From an uncultured Gemmatimonadales bacterium (GTDB lineage: Bacteria; Gemmatimonadota; Gemmatimonadetes; Gemmatimonadales; GWC2-71-9): a stretch of 64,000 nucleotides of DNA. The notes beneath the pieces were generated by a model, which did not search any database, was not told where the DNA came from, and was given only the letters and a program-made list of their open reading frames with translations. Positions 39,058 to 47,801 of this stretch are shown here, piece after piece. The position numbers were made by a program, and so were the translations under genes. The DNA is taken from the NCBI GenBank assembly GCA_963695555.1, contig CAVOGR010000001.1, positions 896,001 through 960,000 of the forward strand, in the 5' to 3' direction. Within the stretch, counting starts at the first letter, position 1, and every line of letters starts with the position of its first letter.

Positions 39058-39410
39058 CTGTTGGTAACAGAGTAACTTAAGCGGGCAGGAACCTCGAAGG
39101 AAGTCCGGCGCTCGGGGACGGCCTCGAGGGTAGATTAGGTCCCGTTCGGGACCCTGAGAGGGAGGGTCGACGCAAGTGGGCAATGAGGCAGCCCTCCCGG
39201 ATCAGTGGCCGGTGACCACCGAGGCCATTCGCGAGCTCCACACGAGGAGCTGGCACGGTGCGGTGACCTGTGCGAAGACGGGGGACGGTGTCGAGGCTGC
39301 CCCGGCCTCCATGATGGTGGCGGAGTGAGGCACCGATGCAGGATTAACGAGGTCATGGACCAGGTGTCCGGGCCTTCGTCGAGCGCCAAGCGGCGCCTGC
39401 CTGGGAGAGG

Positions 39411-40079
39411 GTGATGACGGAGCCGGCGATTCGAATTGTCTCGATCCAGATCGGTCAACCCCAAGCGCTCGGTGTGCCGAACGCGGAGAATCCGCTCGAT
39501 CGTCCCTGGACCAGCGCCATCAACAAGTCCCCGGTAGAACGGAAGATCTGGCTGGGAACCGAAGGACTCGACGGTGACGGGCAGGCAGACCGTCGGCATC
39601 ATGGAGGGCCCGAACGCGCCCTCCTGGCGTATGCCGCCTCCCATTACCCGAGTTGGCAGCGGGAACTCGGGTTGGCGGTGCTTGCTCCGGGGGCCTTTGG
39701 AGAGAATTTGACGATCGCGGGGTCGACCGAGGATACAGTGTGCATCGGTGATCGCCTGGCCATTGGCGATGTAATCATCGAGGTGGCCCAGCCCCGGCAG
39801 CCTTGTCAGAACTTGGCCCGGAAGTTCCGCGTGGCCGACATGGTCGCGCGGGTCGAATCATCTGGCCGCGGGGGTTGGTATCTCCGAGTGATCCGCGAGG
39901 GTTGGCTCGAAGCAGGCATGATGGCCGAGCTCACCGGCCGGCCCTATCCCGAGTGGACGGTCCGCGAGGCTGCCCGGGTCTACCAGGCGCGGCGGAACGA
40001 TCCCACCGCCGCCGCGAGGCTGGCGGAGTGCCCGGCTCTTTCCGGCGGGTGGCGGGAGCGGCTGGCTCTCGGCGGATAG
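39411..40079 (+). CDS. MOSC domain protein (YiiM-like, 3-alpha C-terminus)
   Basis: GD.QADRRHHGG, FGENLT, CIGD, QPRQPC, GWYLRV. Confidence 0.9.
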   Translation: MMTEPAIRIVSIQIGQPQALGVPNAENPLDRPWTSAINKSPVERKIWLGTEGLDGDGQADRRHHGGPERALLAYAASHYPSWQRELGLAVLAPGAFGENLTIAGSTEDTVCIGDRLAIGDVIIEVAQPRQPCQNLARKFRVADMVARVESSGRGGWYLRVIREGWLEAGMMAELTGRPYPEWTVREAARVYQARRNDPTAAARLAECPALSGGWRERLALGG

Positions 40080-40127
40080 CCGCCGGGGCGTTTGCCGGCG
40101 GCGAAGGCGGTGCCCGGACCCTCCAGT

Positions 40128-41225
40128 TCAGACGTTGAATCGAAACAGAATGATGTCACCATCCGCTACCACGTAGTCCCTGCCCTCGGCGCGGATCAAG
40201 CCCTGATCCCGTGCCTGCTTCCATCCGCCGACTCGAACGAAATCGTCATACGACACCGTCTCTGCCCGAATAAACCCCCGCTGGAAATCGGTGTGGATCT
40301 CGCCGGCAGCCTCGTAGGCTGTTTCACCTCGGTGGATGGTCCAGGCCCGTACTTGTTTCTCGCCCGTGGTGAAGAAGCTGAGAAGCCCGAGCAAGTGATA
40401 GGCGGCGTGCGTGAGTCGGTCCAGTCCCGTTTCCGCAACACCGAGTCCGTCGAGGTACTCCTGCTGTTCCTCCTCGGAGAGGCTCAGAAGGTCGGCCTCC
40501 ATCTGCGCGGAAAATGTGACGACCTCTGCCGGCTCATGGGATAGCGCGATGGCCGCCTCGAGTTTGCGGACCGCGGGATTTCCGGTGGCGATATCGTCCT
40601 CCGCCACGTTTGCGGCATACAACTCCGGCTTGGTGGTGAGCAGGTTGAGGGATTGAAACGCCGGACGCTCATCCTCGCTGGGCGTGTAGGCTCGCGCCGG
40701 TTTACCCTCGGCCAAGAGCGCCTGGACCCGCTCCAGCATGGCGACTTCGAGTTTCGCCTGTTCGTCGCCCGAGCGCGCGGATCGCGTGGTTCGCTCCAGC
40801 CGCTTTTCAACGGAGGCCAGATCCGCAAGACCCAATTCAACCAGCACGATCTCCCGGTCTCGTACCGGATCGATCGTGGCCATGACATGTTGCACGCTGT
40901 CGGTCTCGAAGCACCGCACCACGTTGACGATCGCGTCGACTTCTCTGATGTGGCCGAGGAATTTGTTGCCGAGACCCTCGCCTTCGCTGGCACCCTTGAC
41001 CAGGCCCGCGATGTCCACGAACTCGATGGTCGCCGGGACGGTTTCCTTGGGTTGGACGATGGTCGTGAGGACATCCAGCCGCGGATCGTGCACGGGGACG
41101 ATGCCCGTGTTGGGCTCGATCGTGGCGAAGGGGTAATTCGCCACCAGTGCGCCGGCCGACGTGAGGGCGTTGAAGAGGGTGGACTTCCCCACGTTGGGCA
41201 GTCCGATAATGCCGAGGCGCAGCAT
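40128..41225 (-). CDS. ychF: Redox-regulated ATPase YchF
   Basis: GLPNVGKST, NYPFATIEPN, DIAGLVKGA, IHTDF..GFIRAE, FRFNV. Confidence 0.96.
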   Translation of the reverse strand: MLRLGIIGLPNVGKSTLFNALTSAGALVANYPFATIEPNTGIVPVHDPRLDVLTTIVQPKETVPATIEFVDIAGLVKGASEGEGLGNKFLGHIREVDAIVNVVRCFETDSVQHVMATIDPVRDREIVLVELGLADLASVEKRLERTTRSARSGDEQAKLEVAMLERVQALLAEGKPARAYTPSEDERPAFQSLNLLTTKPELYAANVAEDDIATGNPAVRKLEAAIALSHEPAEVVTFSAQMEADLLSLSEEEQQEYLDGLGVAETGLDRLTHAAYHLLGLLSFFTTGEKQVRAWTIHRGETAYEAAGEIHTDFQRGFIRAETVSYDDFVRVGGWKQARDQGLIRAEGRDYVVADGDIILFRFNV

Positions 41226-41236
41226 GGAAAAACGCT

Positions 41237-41274
41237 ATCGGCTAACTGCTATCAGCCCGTGACCGTTAGCCGAT
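41237..41274. repeat. Inverted repeat built from heptamer units
   Basis: ATCGGCTAAC/GTTAGCCGAT perfect 10-bp stem; units CTATCGG CTAACTG CTATCAG. Confidence 0.6.
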
Positions 41275-41307
41275 TGCAGTTCGTCCAGAGCCGATTCCGG
41301 CATGCAG

Positions 41308-43372
41308 CTACAGGCTCGCGAACCATGGCGCCAGCACGAGCGATACCACCGACATGAGCTTGATGAGAATATTCATGGACGGGCCGGACGTATCCTTGAA
41401 CGGGTCGCCCACGGTGTCACCGACGACGGCGGCCTTGTGCGGATCGGATCCCTTGCCGCCGTGTTCGCCGCTCTCGATGTACTTCTTGGCATTGTCCCAG
41501 GCGCCACCAGCGTTGGCCATGAACAGGGCCAGGAGCACCCCAGAAAGCGTGGCGCCGCCGAGCAGCCCACCCAGCGCTTGAACGCCGAGGAAATAGCCGA
41601 CCACGACCGGTGCGACGACCGCCGTCACGCCCGGCAGGATCATCTCTCGCAGTGCGGCGCGGGTCGAGATGTCGACGCAGCGTGCGCTGTCGGGTTTTCC
41701 TGTGCCTTCCATCAGGCCGGGGATTTCTCGGAACTGCCGTCGCACCTCTTCGACCATGCCCGCCGCGGCGCGTCCGACGGCGGTCATCGTCATGGCGCCG
41801 ATGGCGAACGGCAGCGTTCCACCGATGAAGAGGCCGATCACGACTATGGGGTTCACCAGGTCGAGCGACAACACCTCGCCGGGCGGGCTCACCGCGGTTG
41901 CGAACGCGGAGAACAAGGCCAGCGCGGTCAGTGCGGCGGACCCGATGGCAAAGCCCTTGCCCATCGCGGCCGTGGTATTCCCGAGGGCGTCGAGGCTGTC
42001 GGTGATCTTCCGGACCTCGGGACCCAGGTGGCTCATCTCCGAGATGCCGCCGGCGTTATCCGCCACCGGGCCGTAGGCGTCGACGCTCATGGTGACGCCG
42101 ACGGTGGCGAGCATCCCGACCGCCGCGATGGCAATGCCGTAGAGATCGGCCGACTGATAGGAGACGTAGATGGCCGCACAGATGAGCAGCAGGGGAATCA
42201 CCGCAGACTTGAGCCCCACCGCGAGGCCCGCGATGATGTTGGTCGCCGGGCCGGTGAGCGATGCTTCCGCGATATCGCGAATGGGCTTGGCGGCCGTGTA
42301 GTACTCGGTTGACGAGGCCGATCAGGATGCCCGCGACCGTGCCGGCAACCACGGCGTAGAAGGCACCGATGGCCGGCTTCGCGGCCATGCCGAGGGGTAG
42401 CTGCGTGGTCAGCCAGTATGCCGCCAGCATGAACAGCCCTGCCGCGATGAATGTCGTGAGCCTGAGCGCGTTGGCCGGTGACCCGCGCTCCAGCAGCTTC
42501 ATCGAGGCGATGCCGACGAGGGAGGCGGCCAGGCCCGCGAGGATCATCGTGATGGGCAGTGCCACCGCATTGGCCCGGTACTCGAGCGGAATCGCGGGAC
42601 TCGTCGCGGCCAGGGCGACCGTTGCGATGACCGCGCCCACGTAGCTCTCGAAGATGTCGGCGCCCATGCCGGCCACGTCACCGACGTTGTCACCCACGTT
42701 GTCGGCGATGGTGGCGGGATTCCGCGGATCGTCTTCGGGGATTCCCGCTTCCACCTTGCCGACCAAGTCGGCGCCGACGTCGGCGGCCTTGGTGTAGATG
42801 CCGCCTCCAACGCGGGCGAAGAGCGCGATCGAAGACGCCCCCATGGCGAATCCGCTGATGATCTCGCTGAAGTTCTTGAACATCTCGGCGCTCACGATGG
42901 CCTCGTCGAGCACGAGGTACGCCACGGTCCCGATTCCCAGCAGGCCGAGCGAGGCCACGGCCAGTCCCATCACGGCGCCGCCGTTGAAGGCGATCCGCAA
43001 CGCCTTGGCCTGTCCGCTGTCTCGGGCGGCTTCCGACGTGCGCACATTGGCCTTGGTCGCGGCCTTCATGCCGAAGAAGCCGGCACCGACGGAACACAAG
43101 CCGCCGAACACGTACGCCATGGCGGTGTTTCGCCCGACCGCGAGGCCGAGCAGCACCGCGACGATCAAGAGAAAGGGAAACAGCACCATGTACTCGCGTC
43201 TGAGGAACGCCATGGCCCCGGTCTCAATCGACCGGGCGAGGTCCTGCATGATCTCGGAACCAGCGGGCTGCCGCTTGATGTAGCCATAGATCAGCAGCGC
43301 GATGATGAGGCCCAGCAGGCCGCCCCCGGCGGCATACACGGCGTATTGCACGAGTTGAACGAGGTCGGTCAC
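41308..43372 (-). pseudogene. hppA: Membrane-bound Na+/H+-translocating pyrophosphatase, K+-dependent type, with a 1-nt frameshift at about 42310 (possible sequencing error)
   Basis: [48 protein letters not shown] split over two frames; span 2065 nt = 3n+1; GLV-a-TEYYT. Confidence 0.88.
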
Positions 43373-43382
43373 AACTCCTCCG

Positions 43383-43949
43383 TCAGCGATTGAACGTGTT
43401 CATGGCTTCTTCCATACCATGGGCCAACCACAGGTCCACGGCCTCAGCCATCGGATCGAGCAGACCTTCGAGTGTCTCTTCCTCATCCGGCAGGAACGGG
43501 CTGAGCACGAAATCGGCGAGGTCGTCGACCTCGTCGGGCACCGGCCCGACCCCGATGCGCAGGCGCCCGTAGTCCTGCCGGAGCAGGGCGCCTTCGATGC
43601 TCTTCAGGCCGTTGTGACCTCCGGCGCTGCCTTGGCTTCGCAACCGGAACCGTCCGACTGGCAAGGCCACGTCATCCACCAGGATCAGCAACTCGCGGCT
43701 CGGTTCGAAGCCCGGATGCGCGCGGAGCGGGGCCAGGACCGCCCCGCTCCGGTTCATGTACGTCAGGGGTTTGATCAGACGGCATTCATGTCCGTGGCGC
43801 CGTGCCGTGCCCTGGCGTGCTCCTCCTCCTCGCGTGAGGGACCCCACACCCCACTGCTCGACCAGATGGTCGAGCAGGCGCCAGCCGGCGTTGTGCCGGG
43901 TTCGGGCGTATTCCGGCCCGGGGTTGCCGAGCCCCACGATGATACGCAG
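43383..43949 (-). CDS. pth: Peptidyl-tRNA hydrolase (probable CTG start)
   Basis: IIVGLGNPG..Y..TRHNAG, KPLTYMNRSG, GGHNGLKS, RLRIGVG. Confidence 0.93.
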   Translation of the reverse strand: MRIIVGLGNPGPEYARTRHNAGWRLLDHLVEQWGVGSLTRGGGARQGTARRHGHECRLIKPLTYMNRSGAVLAPLRAHPGFEPSRELLILVDDVALPVGRFRLRSQGSAGGHNGLKSIEGALLRQDYGRLRIGVGPVPDEVDDLADFVLSPFLPDEEETLEGLLDPMAEAVDLWLAHGMEEAMNTFNR

Positions 43950-43958
43950 CGGTCAGCT

Positions 43959-44645
43959 CTACGGCTCTTCTGTCTCTTCCTCGGGCTTTGGCTTCCGAAT
44001 CAGCTCGGGCTCGGGCGCGGCCTCGCCCTCCGCCACGACTTCAATGCCCTCCGCGGCCTCGACGGCTACCGGCTCCTCGATGGCCCTCGGCGCAACGACC
44101 GAGCAGACCGCGATATCCGGATCGTTCATGATCTCGACGTCGCCCAGTTGGATGTCACGTACGTAGAGGGCATCGCCGATGGTCAACGCCGTCACATCGA
44201 GATCGACCGATTTCGGGATGTCGCGCGGCAAGACCTTGATGTCCAGCTCCCGGAGCGCATGGTCGAGCACGCCGCCCTCGTTCCGGACGCCTTCCGCCGT
44301 TCCCACCAGGTGGATCGGTACGGAGAGCTCGATCTTCTCGCCGGCGTGGACCTCATACAAGTCGATGTGGAGGATGTGCTCGGGCCGCAACGGATTGCGC
44401 TGGAGTTCCCGGATCAACGTCTGTACCGGCTCGCCGCTGTCGATGGACACCTCGAACAGGGTGCTCGAGGAGCCGCCGCGGGCCAGCAGCCGCTGGAGCG
44501 CCGCGGCCTCGATCGTGATGGGCAGGGACTCCCGTCCGCGGCCATAGATGACGCCAGGCAATTGGCCGAGGCGTCGGAGCGATCGCGCCGCTCCCTTGCC
44601 ACTGCTCGTGCGGCGGGCTACGTCGAGTTGTGCGTTCTGCGACAT
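43959..44645 (-). CDS. rplY: 50S ribosomal protein L25/Ctc
   Basis: GKGAAR.LRR.G..PGVIYG, HIDLY, GV..GGVL, acidic tail. Confidence 0.93.
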   Translation of the reverse strand: MSQNAQLDVARRTSSGKGAARSLRRLGQLPGVIYGRGRESLPITIEAAALQRLLARGGSSSTLFEVSIDSGEPVQTLIRELQRNPLRPEHILHIDLYEVHAGEKIELSVPIHLVGTAEGVRNEGGVLDHALRELDIKVLPRDIPKSVDLDVTALTIGDALYVRDIQLGDVEIMNDPDIAVCSVVAPRAIEEPVAVEAAEGIEVVAEGEAAPEPELIRKPKPEEETEEP

Positions 44646-44661
44646 GATTCAGTCCTTCGTT

Positions 44662-45615
44662 TCAGTCGAAGAGTGAACTCACCGACTGATCGCTGTGGGT
44701 ATATCCAATCGCCTTAGCGAGGAGCCGCGCGATCGACAGCACCGTGATCCGATCGAACCTCCGCTCGGCCGGCAGCTGGATCGTGTTGGTCACCGCCACT
44801 TCCTTCACCGGGGACGCCGCGAGCCGGTCGATTGCCGGTCCGGACAGCAACGCGTGCGTCCCGCAGCAGTAGATGTCGCGGGCCCCCAGCCGCTTCAGCG
44901 CATGGATGGCCTCGGTCATCGTCCCGCCCGTATCAATCATGTCGTCGGGAATCAGGCAGTCCCGTCCCTCGACATTGCCTACCACATTCACGACTTCCGC
45001 AATGTTGGCCGAGGGCCGGCGCTTGTCGATGATCGCGATCGACGCGTTCAACCGGTTTGCGAACCCTCGGGCCATCTTGGCCCCGCCGACATCGGCCGCC
45101 ACCACCACCAGGTTCTTCAGCGCCTTCTGGCGGTAGTGACTGGTGAAGACCGGTGCCGCGTAGAGGTGGTCGACCGGAAGGTCGAAGAACCCCTGCAGCT
45201 GGTGCTGGTGAAAATCCATGGCCAGCACCCGGTCGGCCCCTGCCCGAGTGATCATGTTGGCCATGAGCTTCGCGCTGATGGCCACGCGGGGCTGATCCTT
45301 CCGATCCTGCCGGGCGTACCCAAAGTACGGGATGACCGCCGTGATCCGTGCCGCGCTTGCCCGCCGGGCCGCGTCAATCAGGAGCAGCAGCTCCATCATG
45401 TTCTCGGCCGGCGGATTGGTGGGCTGGATGATGAAGACATCCTTCCCACGCACATTCTCGTCGATCTTGACGAAAATCTCGCCGTCCGAAAAGCGCTTGA
45501 TGGTGAGCCGGCACAGCAACTCACCCAAGTGACTTGCCACCTCCTCAGCGAGGGGACGGTTGGCCGTTCCGCTCATGAGAAGCATTCGGCTCTGGGACAG
45601 CGAGATGTCCGCCAT
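44662..45615 (-). CDS. prs: Ribose-phosphate pyrophosphokinase
   Basis: FSDGE, YFGYARQDRK, DKRR, DDMIDTGGT. Confidence 0.96.
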   Translation of the reverse strand: MADISLSQSRMLLMSGTANRPLAEEVASHLGELLCRLTIKRFSDGEIFVKIDENVRGKDVFIIQPTNPPAENMMELLLLIDAARRASAARITAVIPYFGYARQDRKDQPRVAISAKLMANMITRAGADRVLAMDFHQHQLQGFFDLPVDHLYAAPVFTSHYRQKALKNLVVVAADVGGAKMARGFANRLNASIAIIDKRRPSANIAEVVNVVGNVEGRDCLIPDDMIDTGGTMTEAIHALKRLGARDIYCCGTHALLSGPAIDRLAASPVKEVAVTNTIQLPAERRFDRITVLSIARLLAKAIGYTHSDQSVSSLFD

Positions 45616-45693
45616 GAGATAGCCTAGAAAGCTAGCGACCCGTTGCGTCGAGCGTCAACCGCCGCGACCGACCAAAGCCCGGGACGGTGGACA

Positions 45694-45764
45694 TTGGCCC
45701 TGGTGGATTCGAACCACCATTCTCAGATCCAAAATCTGATGTCCTGCCATTGGACGAAGGGCCA
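45694..45764 (-). tRNA. tRNA-Gln (anticodon TTG), CCA not encoded
   Basis: TGGCCCT...AGGGCCA acceptor stem, TCAGA-TTTTGGA-TCTGA anticodon arm, GGTTCGAATCC T-arm; classic ispE-tRNAGln-prs position. Confidence 0.95.
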
Positions 45765-45843
45765 GCGAAAACCGTGTAGAACGTAACCCATCCCGCTGGC
45801 GGGGTAAACGGTCCCGGCCGTCCCCGGGCCCGCCGGGGCAGGA

Positions 45844-46749
45844 TCACTCGTTCGATAGCGGTTCGGGGCCCAAGGACGGCGCGGATAGGGTCCGGACAGG
45901 GGTCACGGTGCCGTGACGCCGACCCAGCACCGAGCGGGCGTCATCGCGGTCCCGCTCGTTTCGGAACAGACCGAAAATCGTGGCCCCCGATCCGCTGAGA
46001 CGGCACGTCAGGGGCCGAGTTTCCGCCAGCGCCCGGAACGCGTCACCGAGCTCCGGCCGGCGCCCGAACACCGCGGATTCGAAGTCGTTACCCGCCATGC
46101 GGGCCACATCGCCCCAGGTCGAGAGCGCGTCCAGCGTCAGGGCGATGGCGCCCCGCCGTCCTGTGTCGGCGCGGACCTGGTCCACCCAGCCATAGGCGTC
46201 TCTGGTCCGGATGCCGGTTGGAGACGACACGAGCAGCCCCGGACAGGCCGGGAGCGGGGGCAAGGACAACAGCCGCTCACCCCGGCCCCAGCCGATCGCC
46301 AGCGGGGTGCGGGTCAGGAAGAAGGGGACATCGCTCCCGAGCCGGGCGGCGAATTGCAGGAGTTCGTGCTGCGGCACGGCCCCGCCCGCCAGCGCATTGG
46401 CTGCCAGGAGTGCCGCGGCGGCATCACTCGACCCCCCGCCCAACCCAGCGGCGACGGGAATGCGTTTGGTGAGGCGAAGCTCAATGCCAAACCGGTTGCC
46501 CGTGGCAGCCAACACCATGTTGGCTGCGCGGACGGCCAGGTTCTCGTTTGCCGGTCCGGTGTCGGGTCCTTCCACCTCCAGGGCCACGCGACCAGGCGCC
46601 CCGCCACGTGCCACCACGACCTCATCCGCCAGGTCGACGAGACAGAGGAGCGTTTCGACCGCGTGGAAACCGTCGTCTTCCTTGGCCAGTACCCGAAGGA
46701 ACAGATTGACCTTCGCGTGCGCGGCAATCCGGAAGGCGCGATCGGTCAC
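45844..46749 (-). CDS. ispE: 4-diphosphocytidyl-2-C-methyl-D-erythritol kinase
   Basis: AKVNLFL, KRIPVAAGLGGGSSDAA, LGSDVPF, NDFE, LSGSG. Confidence 0.94.
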   Translation of the reverse strand: MTDRAFRIAAHAKVNLFLRVLAKEDDGFHAVETLLCLVDLADEVVVARGGAPGRVALEVEGPDTGPANENLAVRAANMVLAATGNRFGIELRLTKRIPVAAGLGGGSSDAAAALLAANALAGGAVPQHELLQFAARLGSDVPFFLTRTPLAIGWGRGERLLSLPPLPACPGLLVSSPTGIRTRDAYGWVDQVRADTGRRGAIALTLDALSTWGDVARMAGNDFESAVFGRRPELGDAFRALAETRPLTCRLSGSGATIFGLFRNERDRDDARSVLGRRHGTVTPVRTLSAPSLGPEPLSNE

Positions 46750-47777
46750 TCGCTCGCTCGGGCGTCCTGGCGCAGGTGCCCAAGGCTCATGCCGGTCAGC
46801 GCGAAGGACCAGAGACCGAGCACGGTGATGGGAATGAAGGTGGTGACGTGATACGTCAGGGCGAACGACAGGGACTGATCGGGTGGGATGCCGTAGAGGG
46901 AGAGCACGACCCGGATCACCGCCTCAAACGCGCCAACGAATCCCGGGGCCAGCGGGACCGCAATGCCAAAGACCAATACACCCTGGAGCAGCAGGGCTCC
47001 GGCGAAATTGACCGGCAGGTTGAAGACGGCGAATCCCACATAGAACGCAAGGCCGTTCAAGAGCCAAATCCCGACCGACCACGCAGCCACGCCAAGGAAC
47101 CGACCCGGACTCCGTAGCGCGGACATGCCCTGGCGCAGGCCCTCGATGACCGAATTGATCCGGTCGGCCAGCCCCTTGGCGCGGATCAGGCGGTGCACCA
47201 GCCGTTCGGCGGCCAGTGGAAAGGCCACCACCAGACCTGCCGCGACCAGGGCGAGCGCCGAGAGGATGCCCGCTGCCATCGCCGCGCGGGTGATGGACAC
47301 TCCCGAGATCGTGACGTCCGCCGGCATGCCCGGAAGGAACAGCGCGACGGTCAGGAGAAACACCACCGCCAGGCTGTCGAAAACCCGTTCGACCGCGATG
47401 GATGAGAGCGCGGCGGTCAGTCGGGCCGAGGCCAGCCTGCTCGCAGCGTAGGTTCGGAGTAGTTCGCCGGCGCGAAAAGGAAGCAGGTTGTTGGCGGCGA
47501 ACCCGATGGCAACCGCATGCCACAATGGCTTGTAGGGGTAGGGGCCACCGTCCGGACGGCGCAGCAACAGGCGCCAACGCAACAGCCTTGCGGGAAAGGT
47601 CAGGGTGGCGAGTACGACGCTGCCGATGAGTGGGAGGATTCGCGCACCGCGCACGTTGGCCATGAACTGGTCCAAGTGCACGCCTTTGACCGCCCACGCC
47701 AAGAGCGCGAGCGAAATCACCACAGCCAGAGCCAGCCGCCAGATCGGAGGCCTGGTCGGCGTTGGGACCTCAGTCAT
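46746..47777 (-). CDS. Lysylphosphatidylglycerol synthase TM-domain (flippase-like) protein
   Basis: RWRLLL, GFAANNLLPFRAGELLR, ERVFD, PGFVGAFE; multiple TMs. Confidence 0.85.
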   Translation of the reverse strand: MTEVPTPTRPPIWRLALAVVISLALLAWAVKGVHLDQFMANVRGARILPLIGSVVLATLTFPARLLRWRLLLRRPDGGPYPYKPLWHAVAIGFAANNLLPFRAGELLRTYAASRLASARLTAALSSIAVERVFDSLAVVFLLTVALFLPGMPADVTISGVSITRAAMAAGILSALALVAAGLVVAFPLAAERLVHRLIRAKGLADRINSVIEGLRQGMSALRSPGRFLGVAAWSVGIWLLNGLAFYVGFAVFNLPVNFAGALLLQGVLVFGIAVPLAPGFVGAFEAVIRVVLSLYGIPPDQSLSFALTYHVTTFIPITVLGLWSFALTGMSLGHLRQDARASE

Positions 47778-47801
47778 GTGGCGCCGGCTGGGCCAGGCAC
47801 G

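Noticed and set aside
39252..39270. TGGCAC sigma54-like site
   Set aside because: No GC at the -12 position (GG-N10-GC spacing fails)
42295..42320. Programmed frameshift or phase variation in hppA
   Set aside because: No slippery heptamer or homopolymer tract at the site
43937..43961. rplY-pth readthrough fusion (same frame)
   Set aside because: Two in-frame stops (TAG, then TGA) separate them
45632..45847. 71-aa ORF between ispE and prs
   Set aside because: Overlaps tRNA-Gln, which explains the sequence
45600..45850. tRNA-Gln as an island integration site
   Set aside because: Canonical ispE-tRNA-prs order is intact; no integrase or duplicated tRNA 3' end seen
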